64,000 nucleotides of DNA from a virus. Lineage: Duplodnaviria; Caudoviricetes. Shown here piece after piece: positions 9,394 to 20,300 of the stretch. Location: positions 1 to 64,000 of the IMG/VR virus record IMGVR_UViG_2706795930_000001; one strand, written 5' to 3'. Below the pieces are notes generated by a model, which saw only the letters and a program-made list of their open reading frames with translations, searched no databases and was not told the DNA's origin. A program made the translations under genes and the position numbers. The stretch's first letter is position 1, and each line of letters opens with the position of its first letter.

Positions 9394-10283
9394 TGGCCGA
9401 CGCGTTCCGCAGCCTGATCGACGTCTACGCGAACCGCCGCAACGCCCGCATCGCCCGCAGCCGGTCGCATCTCGACATGCTCTGGCGGAAGGTGGACCCG
9501 TACAACGGCCGCGAGGTCCAGGACTTCGCCGAGCAGGCATCCCTGCTCTCCGCGGCCAGCCAGCAGTACATCGCGATGCTGACGGCAACGAAGCAGACCA
9601 ACGCGCTCGACCTCCTCGGCGCCGGCAGACTCGACTTCGCGCCGAAGGTCCCGGACGAGGTCCGCCTGTACAACCCCGACCAGGAGTACCGGTACGCGAA
9701 ACCGGTTCGTACGCGCACGAATACGGGGTTCTCACAGCGACTTCCGTTGGAGGAAGTCTTCAATCGACCGGCGCGGCAGTACCGCCATCTGCGCTCGGTT
9801 GGAAAGTCGCATCAAGAAGCCCTTGATTCCTCGGCCGAGCGTGTGAAAATTGCTATAGAGACCAATGTGGTCCTTGCCGAACGCGAGGCCGAGAGCCAGA
9901 CTCTCGTCGCCGCGCAGAAGAGCAAGAAGATCCTTGGCTGGCGACGAATCCTTCACCCCGAGAAGTCCGAAGGCGGATGCTGCGGTCTTTGCATCGCGGC
10001 CGCCGACCGGACTTACGACGTCAGGGAACTGCGCGCAATTCACCATCGCTGCAAGTGCGACGTCCTCCCGATCACGCGGTCGAATGACCCTGGCCTGGAG
10101 CTGAACAGCGAGGATCTCCGATCCCTGTACAGCGAGGCCGGCTCGACCGCCGGAGCCGACCTGAAGAAGCTCCGATTCCTCGTCGAGAGCCACGGCGAAC
10201 TCGGCCCGGTACTGGTCTCACCCGCGGGACTCAAGATCCCCTTCTACTCCGCCACTGCACCGGATCTCGCTGCAGCAGCGTAA
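9393..10283 (+). CDS. Capsid maturation / MuF-like minor head protein
   Basis: GWRRILHPE...CGLC...IHHRCKCDVLP motif after the portal gene. Confidence 0.8.
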   Translation: MADAFRSLIDVYANRRNARIARSRSHLDMLWRKVDPYNGREVQDFAEQASLLSAASQQYIAMLTATKQTNALDLLGAGRLDFAPKVPDEVRLYNPDQEYRYAKPVRTRTNTGFSQRLPLEEVFNRPARQYRHLRSVGKSHQEALDSSAERVKIAIETNVVLAEREAESQTLVAAQKSKKILGWRRILHPEKSEGGCCGLCIAAADRTYDVRELRAIHHRCKCDVLPITRSNDPGLELNSEDLRSLYSEAGSTAGADLKKLRFLVESHGELGPVLVSPAGLKIPFYSATAPDLAAAA

Positions 10284-10287
10284 AGAC

Positions 10288-10337
10288 GTTCAGCCTTCGG
10301 CCTGTTCATTCTGCCTGAACACGAAGCGCCACTGAAC
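10288..10337 (+). promoter_or_regulatory. Long imperfect hairpin before the scaffold gene (processing or regulatory site)
   Basis: GTTCAG..CTTCG..TGTTCA/TGAACA-CGAAG..CTGAAC. Confidence 0.45.
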
Positions 10338-10394
10338 ATTCCGGCCCGTCATGGGCATTCACACATTTCATCCCGACAGGGGAGCAATACACGC

Positions 10395-11135
10395 ATGTCT
10401 GACACCACTCAGGTCACTGATACCACCAGCCCGGAAGCCCAGGCGGCAGCTGCCGCAGCAGAGGCCGAAGCGGCCGCCGCCAACGAAGCGGCGACGGCAG
10501 GACAGGAGCCCGGTGACAACGCGGGCGAGCCGACCGCCTCGAACGGAAAGCCGTTCGCCACGGCCAACGGCAAGTCCCTCGGTTTCCCGAAGGAGACCCC
10601 GTGGCGCGAGATGAGCGCCGACGAGCAGGCCGCCTACTGGATGCATCAGTCCAAGGGCTGGCAGCGCAAGGCCGAAAATGCCGGCGCACCCGAGGAATCG
10701 GAAGAGCTCAGGAACCTCCGCGCCGAGAATGAGCAGCTCAAGAACGCTCAGCTGTCAGACGAGCAGCGTGTACAGGCCGACGCACTCGATGCCGCCAAGC
10801 AGGCAGGCATCGACGAGGCCGAAGCGCACTACAAGCCCCTCCTTCGCAACCTCCTCCTGGAGAACATCGCCACCGGCGTGCTCGGCGAGGACAAGGCGAA
10901 GGAATGGGCCCCCACCGTTCGCGAGGACGCATTCCTCACGGACGAGGGCGACCTCGACGGCGCCGCGGTGCTCGCACACCTTCGCACGATCTACGGCGAA
11001 CCCGAAGGCGGCCAGAAGGCCCCCGTTCCGGGCACCTACCAGCAGGCCGGCCAGTTCCAGCCCGGTGGCAAGACCCGCCCGAACCATTCCGCTCAGGCGG
11101 AAGCGCAGATCGCAAAGCGGTTCGGCTCCAACTGA
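10395..11135 (+). CDS. Scaffolding protein
   Basis: GFPKETPWREMS..EQAAYW motif, coiled-coil character, position. Confidence 0.85.
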   Translation: MSDTTQVTDTTSPEAQAAAAAAEAEAAAANEAATAGQEPGDNAGEPTASNGKPFATANGKSLGFPKETPWREMSADEQAAYWMHQSKGWQRKAENAGAPEESEELRNLRAENEQLKNAQLSDEQRVQADALDAAKQAGIDEAEAHYKPLLRNLLLENIATGVLGEDKAKEWAPTVREDAFLTDEGDLDGAAVLAHLRTIYGEPEGGQKAPVPGTYQQAGQFQPGGKTRPNHSAQAEAQIAKRFGSN

Positions 11136-11160
11136 TCACCTCCCCTGAGAAGGAATCCTC

Positions 11161-11574
11161 ATGACTGACATTGCCCTCCGCGAAACCGCCCGCGTTGTCT
11201 CGGACAACAAGGCGTGGGTCTACGCCGACATCGGCAAGCAGGCCAGCCGCCGCACGGTGACCCTCGACATCACCAAGTTCACCAAGGCAACGCACTACCC
11301 CGACGGCTTCATCCGGTCGGGCGTCCCGCTGGGCAAGGTCACTGCGACGGGCAAGTACGGCCCGTTCGACCCCGCCGCCACCGACGGTCGTGAGGACTTC
11401 GACGGGTTCCTGTGGAACTTCGCCGATGTCGTTGCCGATCAGGAGATCTCGGTCAACGCGATCTGGGACGGCCCCGGCACCATCCGCGAGAACAAGCTGC
11501 CCCTCGCTGCCACCCCCGAGCTGAAGGCTGCTGCTGCTGCGGTGCCCGCCGGCTTCAAGTTCGTCACCGCCTGA
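11161..11574 (+). CDS. Head decoration protein
   Basis: SGVPLGKVTATGKYGPFDPAATDGRE motif. Confidence 0.85.
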   Translation: MTDIALRETARVVSDNKAWVYADIGKQASRRTVTLDITKFTKATHYPDGFIRSGVPLGKVTATGKYGPFDPAATDGREDFDGFLWNFADVVADQEISVNAIWDGPGTIRENKLPLAATPELKAAAAAVPAGFKFVTA

Positions 11575-11609
11575 TCCGGGCCCCCGAAACTACCTGAAGG
11601 ACAACGCCA

Positions 11610-12665
11610 ATGGCTGACAACATCCTCTACGATCCCGTCCACCCGGACGCGGCGACGAGCTTCGTTCGCAAGATCCCGGTCCCCTCGGACCACGTCCTCT
11701 CGAAGTACCTGCCCGATCGCGAGATCGTCGGCCAGCGAGTCGAGGTCACCGAAGCGGTTCTGATCTCGCGGACCGCGCAGTTCCGTGCGTTCGACGCCCA
11801 GCCCACCAAGCTGGAGCGAGATGGCTACAGCAAGCGGGAGCTCGGCCTCCTGCCGCTGACCGTCGAAGGCGGCTACGGCGAGCTGGAGCGCCTCAAGATC
11901 GACTCGATGCGCCTGAAGGGCACCAACGAGCAGCCGATCGTCGAGGCGATCTACGACGACCTCACCAACGGCGTCGAGGCGGTGCGAAACCGCATCGAGC
12001 TCGCCCGCGGCGAGCTGCTGTCCACCGGCAAGGTGCAGATCAACGAGAACGGCATCGTCGGCGCCATCGCCGACTTCAAGGTGCCGGCGAGCCACTTCCC
12101 GAGCGCTGCCGTCGAGTGGTCGGACGTCGAGACCTCGACCCCGATCGAAGACCTGACCGCGTGGGTCCTCGCGTACAAGCAGGCCAACGGCTTCGCGCCG
12201 GCCGGCATGATCGTCTCCCGCCAGACGCTGAGCTACCTGCAGCGCAACAAGGAGATCCGCGTCCACAACAACCTCCAGGCCAACGGCGGCCCGACCCTCG
12301 TGGGCCTGGACGTGGTGAGCAACACGCTCGCGAACTTCATGCTCCCTCCGATCGTCGAGGTCTACGACACGATCCTGAACGACCCGGTGAGCGGCGCCCC
12401 CGTGCGCGTGCTGCCGGAGAACCAGGTCATCTTCGTCACCCCGACCGCCAAGGACCTGGGCGAGACCATCTTCGGTGCAGCCACCGCGTCGCGTGCCCTC
12501 GCGGCCAGCTCGGCGACCGAGATGTCGATGGAGTCCGCACCCGGACTCGTCGGCATGGTCATCCAGGAGCCGGACTTCCCCTACCAGGAGAAGGTCATCG
12601 TCGATGGCATCGCGCTCCCGATCCTGAACAGCCCCAAGGCGCTGTTCGCCCCGACGGTCTACTGA
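11610..12665 (+). CDS. Major capsid protein (lambda gpE-like family)
   Basis: 351 aa, follows the decoration gene, followed by a terminator. Confidence 0.9.
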   Translation: MADNILYDPVHPDAATSFVRKIPVPSDHVLSKYLPDREIVGQRVEVTEAVLISRTAQFRAFDAQPTKLERDGYSKRELGLLPLTVEGGYGELERLKIDSMRLKGTNEQPIVEAIYDDLTNGVEAVRNRIELARGELLSTGKVQINENGIVGAIADFKVPASHFPSAAVEWSDVETSTPIEDLTAWVLAYKQANGFAPAGMIVSRQTLSYLQRNKEIRVHNNLQANGGPTLVGLDVVSNTLANFMLPPIVEVYDTILNDPVSGAPVRVLPENQVIFVTPTAKDLGETIFGAATASRALAASSATEMSMESAPGLVGMVIQEPDFPYQEKVIVDGIALPILNSPKALFAPTVY

Positions 12666-12680
12666 CCCTCGCACCCCACT

Positions 12681-12716
12681 GAAGCCGGGCGCCGGACATC
12701 CCCGGCGCCCGGCTTC
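12681..12716 (+). terminator. Hairpin terminator after the capsid gene
   Basis: GAAGCCGGGCGCCGG / CCGGCGCCCGGCTTC inverted repeat. Confidence 0.7.
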
Positions 12717-12758
12717 TCTCATCCCACGAACCCCTCACGCAAGGACTGAATCGCCGAC

Positions 12759-13229
12759 ATGGCTCGCCTCGTCACCTTCGTTCACACCAAAGACCCCAAG
12801 GGTCGCTCCGTTCTCCTGACTCCCGACACGGACCCGCTACCCGTCTGGGCTGCCGCGGCCATCCGCAACCCGAAGGCGTGGGACGAACTGCCCGACGTGC
12901 CGACGGAGGCGGCCCCCGACCTGCCGCCGATCACCATCGGCGAGATCAAGACAACCAGCTGGTCGGAAGCCGCGGCCGCAGTGGCTGCTTCCAAGCCCGC
13001 TGATGTCGAGCCGGCCGAACCTGTCGAGCCGGCCGAGGCCGACGTCGCGACCGGTGACGCAGACGCCACCGGTGACGAGGTCGAAGAGGCCGACACCCGC
13101 CCGGCAGAGTCCGCCTCGAAGGCTGAGTGGGTCGAGTACGCGACCTCCCGCGACATCGACGTGAAGGGCCTGACGAAGCCCGCCATCATCGCCAAGGTCG
13201 ACGCCTTCGATCTCGAGGTGGAGGGCTGA
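12759..13229 (+). CDS. Hypothetical virion-region protein
   Basis: PVWAAAAIRNPKAW and ASKAEWVEYA motifs, typical of the post-capsid gene in actinophages. Confidence 0.75.
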   Translation: MARLVTFVHTKDPKGRSVLLTPDTDPLPVWAAAAIRNPKAWDELPDVPTEAAPDLPPITIGEIKTTSWSEAAAAVAASKPADVEPAEPVEPAEADVATGDADATGDEVEEADTRPAESASKAEWVEYATSRDIDVKGLTKPAIIAKVDAFDLEVEG

Positions 13230-13232
13230 TCC

Positions 13233-13628
13233 ATGGCCCTGTTCGCCACGGCCCAGGACGTTTTCGACGGCTCCTACCTCCCCCTCGACCGGTCGCGTGA
13301 AGCCTGGATCACGACCCAGATCGAGAACGCCGAGGGGCTCCTTCGCACGGAGGTCCGTCGGCTGCGCAACGTCCAGTCCCTCGCCGACCTCTCCACCTTG
13401 GACGCCAGCAACGCCAAGGCCGTGATTGTCAACGCCGTCCTGCGGATGGCGCATAACCCCAAGGGCCTCAAGCGCGAGGGCGTCCAGGACCAGAGCTTCG
13501 AGCGCTTCGCCGAGGCGCGGGGCGGCGAGATCTATTTCACCGACAAGGAACTGTCCCGGTTCCGCACCACCGCCCGCCGGCGCATCGGAAACATCAGCGT
13601 CGCACCACCGAAATGGGGTCAGGTCTGA
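13233..13628 (+). CDS. Head-to-tail adaptor
   Basis: FATAQDV...AVLRMAHNPKG...EIYFTDKEL. Confidence 0.85.
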   Translation: MALFATAQDVFDGSYLPLDRSREAWITTQIENAEGLLRTEVRRLRNVQSLADLSTLDASNAKAVIVNAVLRMAHNPKGLKREGVQDQSFERFAEARGGEIYFTDKELSRFRTTARRRIGNISVAPPKWGQV

Positions 13629-13957
13629 TGGCCGTCGTCAACGTCCTCCGCGCACCGGCCGGCCGGGTCAAGCATGGCGAGAAGCACCGCGGCCTCGACT
13701 TCTCCCACACCCTCTACGACGTCATCGTCTCGCTCTACGACACCGACGACATCAAGGAAGCGGACGGCATGTCCCGCGCCGGCAAGAAGATCGATGGCGA
13801 GATGTCGATCAACCCGGGCGATGACCTGACAGCCTCCGACCGCGTCGAGATCGACGGCCTGATCTACAAGATCGAGGGCCGCATCATGCGTATGCGAAAC
13901 GACCTGACCGGCACGGAGTTTCGACCTCGGGTCCATCTCGTCTACATGGAGGGCTGA
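13628..13957 (+). CDS. Head-to-tail stopper
   Basis: DLTASDRVEIDGLIYKIEG; synteny. Confidence 0.75.
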   Translation: MAVVNVLRAPAGRVKHGEKHRGLDFSHTLYDVIVSLYDTDDIKEADGMSRAGKKIDGEMSINPGDDLTASDRVEIDGLIYKIEGRIMRMRNDLTGTEFRPRVHLVYMEG

Positions 13958-13958
13958 C

Positions 13959-14378
13959 GTGGCCCGCCTCGGCGACGGCGTCCGGTTCAGCATGAAGCGC
14001 GACTACGCCTCAAAGGCCTTGAAGTCGCCCGACATGCAGCAGATGATTATGAAGAAGGGCAGGCTCGCAGTAGCCCTGTACCGCTCGCGAGTCAAGAAGC
14101 GCAGCGGAGAGAACGCCCGGAAGATTCGCTCGACGATCACCATCGGCGGCGACAAGCTGGACCGCGTCGAGGCCCACGTAACGGCCTACGCGCCCCACGC
14201 CCTGGCCCGCGAGTTCGGCGCCATCCGCAAGCGCGGTGGCGAATACACCGACGAAGTGGCCAAACGATATGGCCGAGATGTGTTGGGTCGAGCAACATCC
14301 CGCGGAGCCCGCGAGGCCGTGCTCGGCGGCGACAACCGCAAGCGCCTGTCTGTCGTGAAGACCCTGGAGGAGAAGTGA
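13959..14378 (+). CDS. Neck / HK97 gp10-like protein
   Basis: KRSGENAR...HALAREFG; synteny. Confidence 0.7.
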   Translation: MARLGDGVRFSMKRDYASKALKSPDMQQMIMKKGRLAVALYRSRVKKRSGENARKIRSTITIGGDKLDRVEAHVTAYAPHALAREFGAIRKRGGEYTDEVAKRYGRDVLGRATSRGAREAVLGGDNRKRLSVVKTLEEK

Positions 14379-14773
14379 CCCTGCCCGACATCGAGCTGCT
14401 CATCGAGCAGCATCTGTCGGATGCGGTCTACACCGACACCGCGCTACCCGAGCCCCCCTGGGACGACATCTACCCCATGGCCGTCTACAACCGCCTGCCG
14501 GCCGGCGGTGTCGATCCAGACGGACTCGCCGACCGCGCCCTGGTCGGATTCCTGATCATCGGCGAAGACCGACACAAGGCCCAAGAGGCGGCCCGCGAGG
14601 TCGCCGATCTCATGCTCAACGACGGCTTCGCCTACGAGATCCACCACGACGGCCGCGACTGGCTAATCGAGAACGTGGAGCAGGTCAGCGGCGGTGCCAA
14701 CGAGCTGGACGTCAACCCCGACAACCGATTCGTCGAGCTGTCCTTCTGGGTCACCGTCTCCCTGCGGTTCTAA
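14375..14773 (+). CDS. Tail terminator
   Basis: LPDIE start, RLPAGG; synteny. Confidence 0.75.
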   Translation: MTLPDIELLIEQHLSDAVYTDTALPEPPWDDIYPMAVYNRLPAGGVDPDGLADRALVGFLIIGEDRHKAQEAAREVADLMLNDGFAYEIHHDGRDWLIENVEQVSGGANELDVNPDNRFVELSFWVTVSLRF

Positions 14774-14777
14774 TCGC

Positions 14778-15239
14778 TTGCCGGCCCCGAAATCGCGGTC
14801 CTGCAACCACTGTGGCGGCACGTGGACCCGATCGTCGCGCAGTGAACCTCTCCGCCTCTGCACCGAATGTCGGTCATCGCACCACTGGTGCACCGGCTGC
14901 CAGATAGCGCATCCCCACTCCGCATTCACCCGTCGCATCGGACAGCCCAGCGGCCTGAGCAAGTACTGCCGCAGCTGCGAACGGCAGCAGAAACTCCTCG
15001 CCCGGTACGGAATCACCACCGAACGGTTCAACACCCTCGTCGAGGAGCAGCGGTCGATCTGCCCGGTCTGCGACGAGAAGCAGGACCCCAAAGACTTCGT
15101 GGTCGACCACGATCACGCCACCGGAGAAATCCGCGGCCTTCTCTGCGGCAACTGCAACGTCGCCATTGGCCACCTGAAAGACAACCCCGCCAACGCATTG
15201 CGCGCCGGCCGGTACCTCGAACGTTCACGCGCCGCGTGA
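14778..15239 (+). CDS. Endonuclease VII-family nuclease
   Basis: RYGIT...CPVC...VDHDHATGEIRGLLCGNCNVAIG; start uncertain. Confidence 0.88.
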   Translation: MPAPKSRSCNHCGGTWTRSSRSEPLRLCTECRSSHHWCTGCQIAHPHSAFTRRIGQPSGLSKYCRSCERQQKLLARYGITTERFNTLVEEQRSICPVCDEKQDPKDFVVDHDHATGEIRGLLCGNCNVAIGHLKDNPANALRAGRYLERSRAA

Positions 15240-15332
15240 CTCTCGCGCTTCTCTGCGCACCCCCCTCAACTCGCTGTGGCTGACAGCGTTGATCCCTCAG
15301 CCGCGAAAACACCGCCATATCAAGGAGATTCA

Positions 15333-15989
15333 ATGGCTGACAACAAGCTGATCGTCAACGCGCAGAACAAGCTCGTCCGCAAGATGACCGCGGGTGCGGT
15401 GCTCCTGGGCGACCTCGACACCGACATCCCCACCCAGTTCACCACCGGTGCCACTGCGGAGTTCGCGATTCCGGCCGGCTTCGAGTCGCTGGGCCTGACT
15501 TCGCGGGACGGTTCGCCGACCTTCACGCCCGAGACCGAGTCGAGCGACGTCGAGTCCTGGGGCCTCCTGGAGCCGTCTCGGTCGGACATCATCCGCCGCA
15601 CAACCTCGGTCGCCTGGACCAACCAGGAGACCAAGAAGAAGGTCCTCGGCCTGTACCACAACGCCGACCTCACCGCGGTGACCTCGAACGCGACGACCGG
15701 TGAAACCCACATCACCGATCCGACCAGCCCGGACATCATCTACCACCGCGCCCTGTTCGTCGGCATCGACGGCACCGGCTCGAACCAGATCCTCATCATC
15801 AAGATCTGCCCGCGCTTCCACATCACCGAAGTCGGTGAGCAGCAGTGGGGCGCCGAGAACGCGGTCGAGTACCCGTTCACCGGCTCGGCCAAGGTCGACG
15901 AGGAGCTGGGCTACGCGGTCAAGACCGTCTTCGCCGGCCCCGGCTGGAAGAAGATCGCCGTCGCCGCAGGCTTCCAGGCTGCGCCGTAA
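15333..15989 (+). CDS. Major tail protein
   Basis: AAGGAG RBS; LGLTSRDG...DVESWG..EPSRSDI. Confidence 0.9.
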   Translation: MADNKLIVNAQNKLVRKMTAGAVLLGDLDTDIPTQFTTGATAEFAIPAGFESLGLTSRDGSPTFTPETESSDVESWGLLEPSRSDIIRRTTSVAWTNQETKKKVLGLYHNADLTAVTSNATTGETHITDPTSPDIIYHRALFVGIDGTGSNQILIIKICPRFHITEVGEQQWGAENAVEYPFTGSAKVDEELGYAVKTVFAGPGWKKIAVAAGFQAAP

Positions 15990-16021
15990 TTGACGGCCAC
16001 CAGGAGCGGCCGCCCCTACCT

Positions 16022-16060
16022 CGGCCCCGCCGCTGTTACCTCCCCGGCAGCGGCGGGGCC
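16022..16060 (+). terminator. Hairpin after the major tail gene
   Basis: CGGCCCCGCCGCTG / CAGCGGCGGGGCCG. Confidence 0.65.
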
Positions 16061-16106
16061 GTTCTCGTACCACCAACCGGGGAAGATCACCGAGGAGTAG
16101 CCAAAC

Positions 16107-16361
16107 ATGGCTGAGTTCACCCCCGTCCATCTCGTCCACCACAAGACCCGCGAAGAGGTCACGGCCTATTCCGCGGTCGGCCTGAATAACCTTGTGGCCG
16201 CCGGTTACGCCCGGAAGAATGAAGTCAGGCAACCAGATCCGGTCGTGACCAATCCGACCCCTGACGCCGATCCCAATCCCGATGAGCAGGCTGATGCCGC
16301 CTCGACGGATTCCACCGAGGGCCCTGACAAGCCCGCCAGCCGCGCCAGCAAGCGCCGCTGA
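16107..16361 (+). CDS. Hypothetical protein
   Basis: GAGGAG RBS; NNLVAAGY motif. Confidence 0.7.
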   Translation: MAEFTPVHLVHHKTREEVTAYSAVGLNNLVAAGYARKNEVRQPDPVVTNPTPDADPNPDEQADAASTDSTEGPDKPASRASKRR

Positions 16362-16392
16362 CCCATCCGAACTCAGGGGAGTTTGAATCATC

Positions 16393-16827
16393 ATGTCCAA
16401 GAAGGACTCCAAGGTCATCGAAGCCGCCACCACTGACGAGACCGCCGCCGAAGAGGCCGCCTTCCGCACCACTCGGTTCGCGAAGCTGTTCGACGAGGCG
16501 ATGGCCGACTACAAGCCGGCCAAGCCCTACCCGTTCGATGCCGACCCGGACAACATCGTCTACATCAGCCGGCCGGACACGACCGAACGGGCACTCGCGC
16601 TGGCGACGATCGTCGACGACCGCGGCAACTTCGACGTCGAGGGCCTCAAGCCGATGCTCGAACAGCTCTGCGGCGACCGGGCATTCCCGTACGTGTGGCG
16701 CGTCGTTCGTGATGCACCGATCGAGGTCACTATCGCCCTCGTGATGGACATCCAGAACTGGTTCTACGGCGACGCCGCGAAGGGAACGGCGGACCTCGTG
16801 GGGGGTTCGCAGGACTCATCCAGCTGA
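16393..16827 (+). CDS. Tail assembly chaperone (gpG-like)
   Basis: Position before the tape measure; G-run near the 3' end. Confidence 0.85.
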   Translation: MSKKDSKVIEAATTDETAAEEAAFRTTRFAKLFDEAMADYKPAKPYPFDADPDNIVYISRPDTTERALALATIVDDRGNFDVEGLKPMLEQLCGDRAFPYVWRVVRDAPIEVTIALVMDIQNWFYGDAAKGTADLVGGSQDSSS

Positions 16828-17321
16828 TCGAGGAGCACGGTGAGTCCATCGAGTGGGATCTCCACTCAGAACTGAACCTCGATCTGCTCGCATTCTTCCG
16901 CGGTGAACAACCGTGGCCGAAGCTGTACCGGCTCCTCAGGAAACTCCCGCAGGGGAGCCGGTACAAATCGGCGCTCGCCGAGAACATGGAGCTTGCGAAA
17001 GTGCTCCTGGAGCTCGAAGAGGCTGAGCAAGAAGAAGACTGGGTCAACGAACTCCTCGCCGACGAGGATGACGAGCCCCAAGAAGAAGAACTTTCGCCCA
17101 CGTCTGCCGTCGGGCACACCCAGGAGGTCGAACTCCTGATGAAGATCACCGACTGGCTACAGACGGTCAACTCAACCCTCGTCGGAGTCAACTCCGCGAA
17201 GGGCAAACGTCCCCGGGTGCGACCTCATCCTCGCCCCGTTTCTGCGATCCAAGTCCTCAGGCGAGAACGCGAGAAGGCAGCCGTTCGAGACGTGCTGTCC
17301 GACGCCGGCATCGATCCGTAG
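16393..17321 (+). CDS. Tail assembly chaperone -1 frameshift product (gpGT-like), slippery site G-GGG-GGT at 16800-16806
   Basis: The -1 frame is open from the G-run: GFAGLIQLIEEHGESIEWDL...DLLAFFRGEQPWPKLYRLLRKLPQGSRY... to 17321. Confidence 0.8.
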
Positions 17322-17348
17322 GGCGGCATCACACCCTAGGAGCATGTA

Positions 17349-20300
17349 GTGGCCCTCTCTCGCTACCAGGCTGGCACTGCATGGATTCGCGTCACCCCCG
17401 ACTTCACCGACTTCGGCAACAAGCTGGAGCGGCAGATCCAGGACAACTTCAACAAGACAGCAGCCCGAGTCAAGGTCGACGAGAAGTCAGTCGACCAGGC
17501 TCGGGCTCAACTGCGTGACCTGGGCCGGGAGCAGGTCTCTCCCGAGGTCAAGCCGCGGATCAGCAAGGCCCACGTGGCGAAGGCCGAGAAGCTCCTCGAC
17601 GGCCTGAGTGATCGTCACCGCCAGGCCATCATCGACGCCGAGATCAACTCGATCAAGGCCGAGCAGGAGCTGCGGACCCTCACCGGCCGCCGCCAGGTCG
17701 AGATCAAGGCCGAGCTCAACACCGACTCGTTCACCCGCGAGTTCGACAAGGCTCGTCGCGAGATCAGCAAGAAGCTGTCGACGGCGCAGAACCTCAGCCC
17801 CGTCGGCGAGAAGATGCTGCGCGACACCATGTCCCGGGCGCTGAAGATGGACGCATTCCGGGCCGACTTCCTGCCGGCAAAGGCCGACTGGGAGGACGCC
17901 AATCGCCGCGCCTCACAGCTGGCGAAGATCATCAAGAACGGCGGCACCCCGAATGAGGCTGCGGCCAAGGCCCAGTCGAAGCTCACCGACGGGTACCTCA
18001 AGTCGGCCAAGGCGCTGGAGGCGGCCGAGAAGAGCCTGAACCGAGAGCGCGGTCGTGCGGCCGAGCAGTCGGCTGAACTGGCGCGGCTGGAGGAACGCCA
18101 CGCCGCCGCGGTCGACAAGCTCACCAACGCCGAGGACCGCAAGAAGGCGACCGCGAAGGCCGCCGCATGGGCGAGTCGGGATCTGACTGCGGCCGAGACG
18201 GAGCGCGAGAAGATCCTGCGCCGCATCGACACTCTCGAAACCCGCCGACGCAACTGGGAGGCGAAACCCCAGCGCACCGAGAATCAACAGCTCACCCGCC
18301 GTGAAGCCCTCACCGGCATCCACCAGTCTCTCCGCGAAGCGCGCCAGCAGCTCGCCCAGAACGACGAGCGCATCAGCCTCGGCATCGACATCGACGCCCT
18401 GGCCACCCAGGAGGCCGCCGAAGCGCTGCGCGACTTCGCCGCGGCCGAAGATGAGGTCACGCGTTCAAAGGCCCTGCGTCGGCGCATGAACAGCCAGGTC
18501 CGTGACTCCGAGCGGGCCGTGCGTAGCGAGACCGAGAAGACCGAGCGCAAGCGCCAGAAGTTCGCAGCTGCGAAGACGGCGACCGAGGCCGCATATGCCG
18601 CCGAGGCGAACCGCCGGCGCGCCGAGGTCAAGGCCGCCCAGGAGGAGCTGGGGGACGCCGAGAAGGCCGCCACCGCATCCACTCACATCTACAACCGGCT
18701 CGTCGGCAAGCGCATCGGCCTGGTCAACCAGCTCACCAGCGCGATGGCCGGCCTGCGCCGAGTCGAGCTATCGATGCCGGAGCAGTCCGACGATCGCGCC
18801 CGCGCCGGCGCAGCGCTGAACGCCAACGCCACACGCACCAAGCTCACCATGGATGGCGCCGAGCGAGACACCGCGCTCACGACGATCAAGACCCGGCTCC
18901 CGGACAAGATCGCCAACTCGCAGATCGACAAGGACGTCGTCGCCCTCCAGGCAGCCATGAAGGCAGCCGCGTCGTACGACCGCCTACAGGGGCAGCTGGA
19001 GAAGCGCAGCTACTCAGTGGCCGTGGCTGAGCGCACGGAGGCCGCAGCCCAGGAGCGCGTCAATGCGATGCGCGAGCAGGGCACGATCGGTACCGAGCGT
19101 GGCGTCAAGGCGCTCGACGATCTCGCCGCGGCGACCCAGCGGGTCACACACCTCCGCCGCCAGGAGAAAGTCGCGAGCGAGGCTGCCGACATCGGCCGCC
19201 GCGACTACAACGCGGCCGCCCGAAACCTCGAAGACCGGGCGAACCTCAACCCGATCCGCCGCTCGATCGACCAGATCGACTCGCTGGCAGGGCGAGCAAT
19301 CGCCAAGGTCAACGACCGGCTCATCTTCGCTGGCCGCCTGCTGTCGGCAGTCACCTCGCTGGGCATGGCCAGCATCGTCGCGATCGGCGGGCTCGGCGCG
19401 ATCAACATGGCCCCGCTGGTGGGCTCGCTGACCCAGATGGTTGGCGTCCTGGGGCTCGTCCCCGCTCTCGCCGCGGCGGCCGCTACCGCCATCGGCGCCA
19501 TCGCCGTCGGCGCGAGCGGCCTGGGCAACGCGTTCAAGGCCGCCGGCAAGCTCGCCGAGGCGCAGGCCAAGCCCGCCCCGGACAACTCGAAGGCCGTTCG
19601 CAACGCGCAGCGCGGCCTCGCGCAGGCGCAGAAGGCACAGGCCCGCACCGCCACCCAGGGTGCTCGGCAGATCGCCGACGCCGAGGAGTCGGTCCAGCGC
19701 GCCCAGAAGGAGTCTCGCGACGCACAGCGCGATCTGACCAGGGCCCGCAAGGACGCTCGCCAAGAGATCGACGACATGAACCGGTCGCTCGCTGGACTCG
19801 GCCTCAGCGAAGAGGACGCCGCGCTGTCGGTCGAGGAGGCTCGCAAGAACCTCCGCGAGACCCTCGCCGATCCTGACGCAGACAGCACAGACCGCAAGCG
19901 CGCCAATCTCAGCTACCGCCAGGCGATCGACAACCTCAAGAACGTCCGTCACGAGAACGCCCGGACCCGCCAGGAGATCGCCGAAGCCAACCGCAAGGGC
20001 GTCGAGGGCTCGGACGAGGTCGTCTCCGCCCAAGAGCGCGCCGCTGACGCCCAGGCGAGCGTGACCAAGTCTCAGGAGAACCTCGCCCAGACGCAGCTCG
20101 ACGCCGCGGAGGCCAGTGCCGACGCCGCCGAGCGGGTCGCCGAGGCGCAGGAATCACTCGCCGAGGCTGCGAGCGGGGGAGCGACCGCGGTCGACAATGC
20201 GGCCGCCGAGTTCGAGGCTGCAATGGCCAAGCTCTCGCCGAATGGCCGCGGCATGGTCTCCGTCATCTTGGACCTCCGTGATGCCTGGGACCTCCTGCGT

